Origin: Candidatus Parcubacteria bacterium
Lineage (GTDB): Bacteria; Patescibacteriota; Saccharimonadia; UBA4664; JBIOIQ01
NCBI GenBank assembly: GCA_963718875.1
Contig: OY970378.1
Location: 388,631-452,630, forward strand
Direction: 5' to 3'
DNA length: 64,000 bases
In this document: positions 10,566 through 17,516 of the stretch, piece by piece
Layout: every line of letters begins with the position of its first letter
Position numbering within the stretch: the first letter of the stretch is position 1
Notes under the pieces: model-generated
Databases searched by the model: none
What the model was told of the DNA's origin: nothing
What the model saw: only the letters and a program-made list of their open reading frames with translations
Program-made: the position numbers and the translations under genes

Positions 10566-11012
10566 CTATTTTAGACTTGAAATAAGTCTGGTGAACTCGT
10601 GAGGATATTTAACTTCCAGTAATTTTGCAGCTTCGTTAGGCTCAAACCAGCCGTATTCGATATTTTCTTGGTTAAGCTGAACCTGACTGGTTTTGGGTAT
10701 TTGGCAGGAATAAATGCGTACTATAAGGCCATATGCTGTCTTGTTTGTCTTGATGCGAAGATTAGAAATGACCGTAACAAGTTGTGTAGTGGTATTAAGC
10801 TCTGTGATGCCTAGCTCTTCTTTAACTTCGCGATCCAGGGTCTGTTTTATGGAATCTCCAGGGTGAACGCGGCCACCTGGGATGTCCCATAACTCTTTTG
10901 CTTCTAACCCAAGTATCTGTTTTAACAGATGAGGGCTCACTTTTAAGAGCAATATCTTTCCGCCTTCATCGCGAATCAAGGCTTTTACTCCGAAGTAGTA
11001 CAAATCATTCAT
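10566..11012 (-). CDS. NUDIX hydrolase
   Basis: WDIPGGRVHPGDSIKQTLDREVKEELG. Confidence 0.9.
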   Translation of the reverse strand: MNDLYYFGVKALIRDEGGKILLLKVSPHLLKQILGLEAKELWDIPGGRVHPGDSIKQTLDREVKEELGITELNTTTQLVTVISNLRIKTNKTAYGLIVRIYSCQIPKTSQVQLNQENIEYGWFEPNEAAKLLEVKYPHEFTRLISSLK

Positions 11013-11074
11013 AAACTAAGTATATATCATGTTCGCCTGTTGTTCGGTTTTAGTAACGGTGATATACTTTGGAT

Positions 11075-12151
11075 ATGCTTATAGGAATACTTGTTGCCAT
11101 AGTTTTGATCGTAATCGCTGGTTTTGCATTTGTGGTTTATAGCATGAACCAGCGTATGTCTGAGCTCAAAAGCGATTCAGGTTTATCGATGCTGAAGCAG
11201 GATCTTCAGGGGATGAGCCAACTGCTAGCCCAAACTCAGGCTACTATGGGCGAGAGGTTAGATAAGTCGCATGGACAGATGCAAGACTCGCTGCTAAGGC
11301 AGTTTAGCGAGTCGGCGAAGTTGATAACTGATGTCACTCAACGTTTGACCAAACTAGATGAGACCAATAGAAGAGTAGTTGATGTAGCTGATGAACTTAA
11401 GACGTTGCAAAATGTGCTGCAGAACCCTAAGCAGCGGGGGGTTTTGGGGGAATATTACTTGCAAAGTGTGCTTGAAAACGTCATGCCGCCCGACCGTTTT
11501 GCGCTGCAATATCGTTTTAACGATGGAGAAATAGTTGACGCTGTTATCTTTTTGGAAAAAGACAAAATGTTACCTGTGGACTCTAAGTTCTCGCTTGAAA
11601 ACTACAATCGCTTGGTAGAGGAGGGAAATAAGGCTCAAAAAGAAAACTTGATTAAACTATTCAAGCAAGACTTGAAAAACCGCATTGATGAAACAGCTAA
11701 GTATATTCGGCCAGATGAGGGAACGATGGACTTTGCATTTATGTTTATCCCCAGCGAAGCGATTTATTATGATTTATTGATTAATAAAGTTGGAACAGTC
11801 CAAACGAGCTCTAGAGATCTGATTGAATATGCATTTCGAGATAAGCGGGTCATAATAGTATCGCCAACATCTTTTATGGCATACCTACAGACGGTCATGC
11901 AAGGTCTACGTGGGCTGCAGATAGAAGAACAGGCTAAGGAGATCCGCACAAGGGTGGGTCAGCTAGGTGTCCATTTAATAGCCTACGAACAGTATTTAAA
12001 AAAATTGGGTAATGCTTTGGGCGTAACCGTAAATCACTACAATAGCGCCCATAAAGAGTTGGGTAAAATTGATAAGGATGTTGTTAAAATTGCCGGCTCG
12101 ACCCCGGCTATAGAGCCCTTGTTAGTGGACAGGCCTCAAGCTGATGAGTAG
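11075..12151 (+). CDS. rmuC: DNA recombination protein RmuC
   Basis: N-terminal TM plus coiled coil, RGVLGEYYL, PVDSKF, FAFMFIPSEAIY, IVSPTS. Confidence 0.92.
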   Translation: MLIGILVAIVLIVIAGFAFVVYSMNQRMSELKSDSGLSMLKQDLQGMSQLLAQTQATMGERLDKSHGQMQDSLLRQFSESAKLITDVTQRLTKLDETNRRVVDVADELKTLQNVLQNPKQRGVLGEYYLQSVLENVMPPDRFALQYRFNDGEIVDAVIFLEKDKMLPVDSKFSLENYNRLVEEGNKAQKENLIKLFKQDLKNRIDETAKYIRPDEGTMDFAFMFIPSEAIYYDLLINKVGTVQTSSRDLIEYAFRDKRVIIVSPTSFMAYLQTVMQGLRGLQIEEQAKEIRTRVGQLGVHLIAYEQYLKKLGNALGVTVNHYNSAHKELGKIDKDVVKIAGSTPAIEPLLVDRPQADE

Positions 12152-12158
12152 CTTTTGA

Positions 12159-12616
12159 TTATTGGCTAATAGAAACAATTCGGCTACCTGGGATTCTTGT
12201 TAGATCCTTGCTTTTATAGCGGAGACTACAGGTAAAGCTGCCAGAACCGCCGGTTAGAGTATCAATTTCGAGTACCTTGTCGTCGATATATGTTTTAAGA
12301 CCGGGGTTATAAACTCTGGCGGCGCCAAGCGGCAAACCAGTAAGGGCTATGAATTCATCTGGTGTGGCCATCCGAACATCTTTGCCCACAAGTTGTTTAA
12401 TTTTTTTAAAGTCAAGTCTGCAGTCGTCGCGGCGAGAATAGCAACATATGCATCATCTGACTTCATTATCATAGTGGAAACACCTTCGGCAAGAGTAAAA
12501 CCGAGGTATTTTAAAGTTTCAGGTGGCGTTTTGAGCTCGGGATGTTCAACAATAGTAGTTTCAATCCCCATTTGAGATAGAGTTTTCTGATAGTCAAGGA
12601 TTTCCTTACTAACCAT
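12159..12616 (-). pseudogene. YbaK/ProX-like aminoacyl-tRNA deacylase, split by a 1-nt frameshift near 12435
   Basis: Restoring one base in CT-CGC joins ...YVAIL to RRDDCRLDFKKIKQLVGKDVRMATPDE...GLPLGA...GGSG, the YbaK pattern. Confidence 0.75.
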
Positions 12617-12618
12617 GG

Positions 12619-12894
12619 CTATTTGGTTTTCGTCGATGTATCTTGGCGAAGAACCTTAAAGCCTCCTCGAGCCAGCTCTTTTGAGCCGCGAGTAACTGTA
12701 CCGACGCCTACCCCGAGTTCACTGGCTATATTGAACTGCGGGATACCTTGAATGAGTCGTTTTACGATCTCTATGCGTTGTGATAATTCCTGTCTTTCCT
12801 TGTCAGTAGTAATAGCGACCAGAAAGTCCTCCAGCAATACTTTGTTGCCATTGATGGAATGAACAATATCAATAAAATCAGAGAAATCAGCCAT
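12619..12894 (-). CDS. trpR: Trp repressor (TrpR/YerC family)
   Basis: TTDKERQELSQRIEIVKRL...Q..IASELGVGVGTVTRGS aligns by eye to E. coli TrpR LTPDEREALGTR...GAGIATITRGS. Confidence 0.78.
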   Translation of the reverse strand: MADFSDFIDIVHSINGNKVLLEDFLVAITTDKERQELSQRIEIVKRLIQGIPQFNIASELGVGVGTVTRGSKELARGGFKVLRQDTSTKTK

Positions 12895-12900
12895 AAAGCA

Positions 12901-12918
12901 ATATTAGCATACTAGTAT
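12901..12918. promoter_or_regulatory. Candidate TrpR operator overlapping the trpR promoter
   Basis: ATATTAGCATACTAGTAT has TTAG-N4-CTAG geometry like E. coli GAACTAGTTAACTAGTAC. Confidence 0.5.
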
Positions 12919-12953
12919 AATGCTTTGCAAGTAATTATAATATATTGTAAAGC

Positions 12954-12982
12954 TTGACAATAATATCTTGGCGTGCTAACTT
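12954..12982 (+). promoter_or_regulatory. Sigma70 promoter of the T-box leader
   Basis: TTGACA-17 nt-TAACTT with extended TG. Confidence 0.75.
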
Positions 12983-13010
12983 ACTTTTACAACTAAATAT
13001 TGATCTAAAT

Positions 13011-13248
13011 GCGTTTGAGTTGGGAAAATGGTCCCAACGAGCAGACTTGTGAACCATCCACTAGTGGAAAGTAGCAAGCTCCGGAAGAAGTCCGTTATTA
13101 TACTTCAACCGATGTCACCTTAATAGGCAGAGTCGGGTAGAGGCAGTCTGAGTAATCGAGCTGCAAAGCAAGGTGGCACCACCTATAGAAGGTCCTTGCA
13201 AGTGTTTCAAAGTAATTTTTTACTTTGGGATGTTTGCAAGGATTTTTT
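13011..13248 (+). ncRNA. T-box riboswitch, Trp-specific, ultrashort Stem I, transcriptional
   Basis: K-turn GCGTTTGA/GAGC; Stem I GTTGGGA/TCCCAAC with UGG in the loop; Stem II GAA/AGTA; CCGTTA; antiterminator GCAAGG-TGGCACC-ACCT/AGGT-CCTTGC; overlapping terminator 13193-13248. Confidence 0.88.
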
Positions 13249-13317
13249 GTTTGAATCCGGTGTACGAGCGCAAGCTTGTACTCCGGCACAGCCAAAACCT
13301 ATGAGGAGGTGAAGCTC

Positions 13318-13341
13318 ATGAACATCGATTTCGGTTGGTAG
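13318..13341 (+). CDS. Putative leader peptide MNIDFGW
   Basis: Perfect SD GAGGAGGTGA; ATG AAC ATC GAT TTC GGT TGG TAG; Trp is the last codon. Confidence 0.6.
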   Translation: MNIDFGW

Positions 13342-13421
13342 CCCCATGCCCTTAGGGGGCTTAGTGGTGGGGCGGGTCTTCGGATCCGCCCCACCTTCCC
13401 ACAGAAGGAGAGTGAGTATAA

Positions 13422-13592
13422 ATGGTGGTTGTTGTGACTATTAGCGATGGCACTCAAGTGAGAGTTGAGGACGAAAACGTCTGTGGTTTTGTTCGGCCAC
13501 GGCTTTCAAGGCCTAGCGATACATTGCCTCCAAAGGTCGATCTAGCATCAGTCGAGGACCCCTGTCATTTTTCGTACTGGTGTTGTAGTTAG
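13422..13592 (+). CDS. 56-aa Cys-containing small protein (MVVVVTISDG...DPCHFSYWCCS)
   Basis: SD AGAAGGAG, open frame below the ORF-track cutoff, followed by hairpin GGGAAGACGGGC/GCTCGTCTTCCC. Confidence 0.55.
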   Translation: MVVVVTISDGTQVRVEDENVCGFVRPRLSRPSDTLPPKVDLASVEDPCHFSYWCCS

Positions 13593-13658
13593 GCTGTGCG
13601 GGAAGACGGGCGTAAAAGCTCGTCTTCCCAAGTTCAATAAAGTTAATAGGGAGTAACC

Positions 13659-14381
13659 ATGAAAGTAACTAGAGGGAAAGGCAAAATAACGGTTAGCGTG
13701 GTTTGTTGCGTACATGGTGACGAGCCGTTCGGCCAGAAGGTGTTTGACTATTTCTCGACTCGAGTAAGCGAAGTGAAGGGTCTGCAGCTGATTTTGGCTA
13801 ACGAAGAAGCGCTTGAGAAGGGGGAGCGATTTGTCGATACCGATCTCAACCGTTGCTTTCCCGGTAAGGCGAATGGCAATGGTGAAGAATGCCTAGCGTA
13901 CCAAATTCTCGACCTTATTAAGGGATCGGAATACGTGATTGATGTGCATACGACTACGTCTGATATTAAGATGACACCAATCGTGGCAAATCTCCGTGAT
14001 GGCGTCAAAAGCCTACTTAATATGTGCGATAGCATTGAGGTAGCTAAAATGGATAAGAGTATTACAGAAAACTCACTCATTGGTAGTGTTTTGTCAGGAG
14101 TTTCGCTGGAGTTTAACGAGGAGTATGCCAAAACAGAGCAGGCTTTAGCGGAGGCCTGTTCAATAATTGACCGGTTGCTCAGCCGTTCAGCTCGAGAAAG
14201 AATCGTTCGGCAGGTCTACCTAATTGATCGTAAAATCCCTCTCGATATAGAGCTGCCAGATGACGCGACTAACTTTTCCTATATAAAACCACTTGGAATC
14301 TATCCGTTTTTACTTGGCGAGAGAGCATATACAGATTTTCAGGGGTTTGCAGCCAGTACCGTAAAGAAAGTATCTATTTAA
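13659..14381 (+). CDS. Succinylglutamate desuccinylase/aspartoacylase (M14-like Zn peptidase)
   Basis: HGDE, DLNRCFPG, IDVHTT motifs. Confidence 0.85.
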   Translation: MKVTRGKGKITVSVVCCVHGDEPFGQKVFDYFSTRVSEVKGLQLILANEEALEKGERFVDTDLNRCFPGKANGNGEECLAYQILDLIKGSEYVIDVHTTTSDIKMTPIVANLRDGVKSLLNMCDSIEVAKMDKSITENSLIGSVLSGVSLEFNEEYAKTEQALAEACSIIDRLLSRSARERIVRQVYLIDRKIPLDIELPDDATNFSYIKPLGIYPFLLGERAYTDFQGFAASTVKKVSI

Positions 14382-14433
14382 CCGAAAATATGGAGTATGA
14401 ACGATGAAACCAAATTCTTGCTATACTAACAAC

Positions 14434-15423
14434 ATGAAACGTGTATTTTCTGGAATCAAGCCTACTGGAGAAGTCCAACTCGGCAACTACTTAGGAGCAA
14501 TGAAAAGATGGTCTAGCGAACAGGAGGGGAGAGAGAACCTTTATTTCGTACCAAATTCACATGCCCTGACTATCCGTCCTGACCCTGAAACACTTCTAAA
14601 TCAGACAAAATCAGCCGTGGCATGGCTTTTGGCAATGGGAGTAGACACCCAAAAATACGAGTCGACTATATTTGTCCAATCAAGCGTACCTGCCCACGCG
14701 GAGCTTGCTTGGATTTTGAACAACTTTGTTACTATGGGCGAACTCAACCGTATGACTCAGTTCAAAGATAAAAGCAAAAAGCTGGGAGCCGAAGGGCAAC
14801 TAGTGGGGATGTATGACTACCCCGTGCTGATGGCTGCCGATATCCTGCTTTATGATGCTGACGAGGTGCCTGTAGGGGAAGACCAAAAGCAGCATATAGA
14901 ATTAGCTCGCGATATTGCTACTCGGTTTAATAATCTGCATGGTCCAACCTTTAAAATTCCTGAAGCAACTGTGCCCAAAGTGGGGGCACGGGTTATGGAT
15001 TTGCAATATCCCGAGCGTAAAATGAGTAAGAGCGATGAGGATTCTAGTGGCTGCGTTTTCTTAACAGACTCTACTGAAGTAATAAGGACCAAAATAATGA
15101 AGGCGGTGACTGATTCTGGCAGCCAGATTGAAGTCAGTGATGATAAACCCGCCATATCTAATCTATTACAGATATATGCGTTGTTGGCTGATCAACAGAT
15201 TGAGGAGGTTGTATCAGCTTTTTCTGGTAAGGGGTATGGGGAGTTTAAGCGAGAGCTGGCAGATTTAGCTGTTGGCGTGATCGAACCTTTGCAGCAGAAG
15301 TTCAATCAACTTATTCGTAATGGGGACGATATAGCTCGGGTTATAAAAGAGGGGAGTATTACAGCTAATAAACTGGCCAATACTAAACTTTCTGAAGTTA
15401 AAAATAAAGTTGGATTAATCTAG
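14434..15423 (+). CDS. trpS: Tryptophanyl-tRNA synthetase
   Basis: FSGIKPTG, LGNYLGA, YPVLMAADIL, VPVGEDQKQH, KMSKS. Confidence 0.97.
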   Translation: MKRVFSGIKPTGEVQLGNYLGAMKRWSSEQEGRENLYFVPNSHALTIRPDPETLLNQTKSAVAWLLAMGVDTQKYESTIFVQSSVPAHAELAWILNNFVTMGELNRMTQFKDKSKKLGAEGQLVGMYDYPVLMAADILLYDADEVPVGEDQKQHIELARDIATRFNNLHGPTFKIPEATVPKVGARVMDLQYPERKMSKSDEDSSGCVFLTDSTEVIRTKIMKAVTDSGSQIEVSDDKPAISNLLQIYALLADQQIEEVVSAFSGKGYGEFKRELADLAVGVIEPLQQKFNQLIRNGDDIARVIKEGSITANKLANTKLSEVKNKVGLI

Positions 15424-15454
15424 TTTAAAAAATCACTGTCAGTAACTCAACGGA

Positions 15455-15485
15455 TATAAAACCGCCTATAAAAGGTGGTTTTATA
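15455..15485 (+). terminator. Intrinsic terminator after trpS
   Basis: TATAAAACCGCCT-ATAAA-AGGTGGTTTTATA. Confidence 0.7.
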
Positions 15486-15550
15486 AGTTTAAAGGTGTAG
15501 GGGATAGACTAACTGTAGACTAATTTACAACATATTTTTGCTATAAAGCA

Positions 15551-15579
15551 TTGACTTTGCTTAGTGCTTATGCTAGTAT
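15551..15579 (+). promoter_or_regulatory. Sigma70 promoter
   Basis: TTGACT-17 nt-TAGTAT with extended TG. Confidence 0.7.
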
Positions 15580-15585
15580 TCTTCT

Positions 15586-15967
15586 TGTAGTCGCAAGTTG
15601 AAAACTAGAAGTTCCTCCTCAACAAAGACTCAAATGTCTTTACCCCCTTAAACCGTTACGTGAGCATAACGGTCTGATACAACTCCTGATAAACCAGAAG
15701 TATCAAGGATGGTAGGGTAGGTCCGAGATTAGAAGTATCCCCCTTATTTCTAATCCGGGCTCACCCTACTATCATAAGCATCACCAGATGCTTAAGTGGG
15801 GTAGTACCTGTTCGTTCCTTCGGCCTAAGCACCAAAGCTAAGGTTGAGGGATTTCAACCAAAGCGGGGCGGCAAGCGCCTAAATTTTAACAACGGTGGAT
15901 TCCTGTCCGCCCCGCTATCTCTTTTATGAATTGAATATGCACCCTCTTGCCGGGTGCATATTTTTTT
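15586..15967 (+). ncRNA. Candidate large structured ncRNA of unknown class
   Basis: No ORF in the track; promoter upstream, U-tract terminator 15934-15967; several hairpins and long-range pairings. Confidence 0.6.
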
Positions 15968-16055
15968 GTTGGTCAGAGTCTATGACGGGTTATTTGGTTT
16001 TGCTATAAAGTTGGGGCAAAATGTGCCATAATTAATCCACTAGAGAAGTGAAAGT

Positions 16056-16427
16056 GTGAGCGTAAGATCCTACCTTAGTCTTATAAGTCTGATAACGGTA
16101 GTTTCAGGTATAGCCGTAGCTTTTGCTGTACTAATCACCAATCCAGCAAAAATTGGTCCTCTGGGTGTGACTATTTGGTTTGTGGCTTTGCTAGGTTTTC
16201 TTCAGGGATTAATAACTTTGGTAGTAATTGCCTTCAAGAAGCGTCTATTCCCAGCACTGGGTGAGCATAAACTAATTACGAGTTCATGGCGTCAAGGGTT
16301 GCTAATGGGCGGTGCCATAACTATGTTTGGCGGGTTGTCGAGCCTGCGTCAGCTTAGTTGGCGTGACATCATATTACTTATCGGGCTACTTGTGTTGGTG
16401 GAATTATATTCTCGAGCTCATACATGA
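16056..16427 (+). CDS. 4-TM membrane protein
   Basis: Hydrophobic helices, SWRQG motif. Confidence 0.75.
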   Translation: MSVRSYLSLISLITVVSGIAVAFAVLITNPAKIGPLGVTIWFVALLGFLQGLITLVVIAFKKRLFPALGEHKLITSSWRQGLLMGGAITMFGGLSSLRQLSWRDIILLIGLLVLVELYSRAHT

Positions 16428-16471
16428 ATGGAGATTTTTGATTGACGGCTAAAAATGAGAGTGAAAATTAA

Positions 16472-17476
16472 ATGAACGAAGCATTTATAGCAGCTGCCAA
16501 AGAACGCATTGGACAGATCATTGATTTAAATGAACTTGCGCGTGTACGAATAGAGTACTTGGGGCGCAAGGGTATTATAACTTCGGCTTTAAAGGCTGTA
16601 GGGGAGCTTCCTAGTGTTGAGCGCGCGGCGGCGGGGGAGAAGGCTAACCGGGCTCGGGATGAGGTTGGCGAAGTCTTGGCAGAAGCTCAAGCTAGGCTAT
16701 CCCAGTCCTCGGGGGATAAATATAATCCGATTGATCTAACTGCTCCAACCGAAGTGACTTATGGGCATGCTCATCCTGTAACTGCCTTAATTGATGAATT
16801 GGTGCAGGTGTTTTGGCAAATGGGTTACACGGTGGCAGATGGTCCAGAAATAGAGACGGAATGGTACAATTTTGAAGCCCTTAATATGCCAGAAAGCCAT
16901 CCGGCTCGTGACATGCAGGACACTTTTTATTTGTCGGCAGGGAATTTGCCTCGAACGCATACGTCTGGAGTGCAGGTACGTTACATGGAGGAGAATCAAC
17001 CGCCAATTCGGATTATCTCGCCAGGTAAGGTCTACCGTAATGAGGACGAGGACGCTCGACATGTCTGGATGTTTTATCAAATTGAAGGGTTGGTGGTAGA
17101 TAAGGGGATCAGTATGGCAGATTTAAAAGGAACGCTTCTTGCCATGATGCAAGGGGTCTTGGGTAAGGACGCCAAAGTTAGATTGAGGCCAAGTTATTTT
17201 CCTTATACCGAGCCGTCAGTAGAGGTTGATGCGACTTGTGTTATTTGTCGGGGTCAAAGCATAGATTGTGCGACATGTAGTGGTACGGGGTGGTTGGAGT
17301 TGGGTGGAGCGGGCATGGTTCATCCTGAGGTGTTAAGACGCGTAAATATTGATTCTAATATCTATAGTGGCTTTGCATTCGGCTTTGGGCCAGAGCGGTT
17401 AGCTGCTATAAAGTACCAGGTATCAGATGTGCGTGAGTTTTGGCGCCCTAATCTTAAGTTCCTGAGGCAATTCTAG
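16472..17476 (+). CDS. pheS: Phenylalanyl-tRNA synthetase alpha subunit
   Basis: HPARDMQDTFY, RTHTSGVQ, RPSYFPYTEPS, GFAFGFGPER. Confidence 0.97.
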   Translation: MNEAFIAAAKERIGQIIDLNELARVRIEYLGRKGIITSALKAVGELPSVERAAAGEKANRARDEVGEVLAEAQARLSQSSGDKYNPIDLTAPTEVTYGHAHPVTALIDELVQVFWQMGYTVADGPEIETEWYNFEALNMPESHPARDMQDTFYLSAGNLPRTHTSGVQVRYMEENQPPIRIISPGKVYRNEDEDARHVWMFYQIEGLVVDKGISMADLKGTLLAMMQGVLGKDAKVRLRPSYFPYTEPSVEVDATCVICRGQSIDCATCSGTGWLELGGAGMVHPEVLRRVNIDSNIYSGFAFGFGPERLAAIKYQVSDVREFWRPNLKFLRQF

Positions 17477-17516
17477 CTGTGAATCACGAATTACGAATAA
17501 TGAATAAAGTACAACT

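Noticed and set aside
13098-13295. 65-aa minus-strand ORF
   Set aside because: Antisense to the T-box structure with no start signals
13412-13444. Alternative micro-ORF MSINGGCCDY from GTG
   Set aside because: SD-to-start spacing too short; ATG at 13422 preferred
15586-15967. T-box for pheST, RNase P, tmRNA or SRP RNA
   Set aside because: No GGTGGNACC, GAGGAAAGTCC, tRNA-like ends or SRP loop seen
17236-17280. CxxC...CxxC in PheS as a novelty
   Set aside because: Common in PheS of many bacteria
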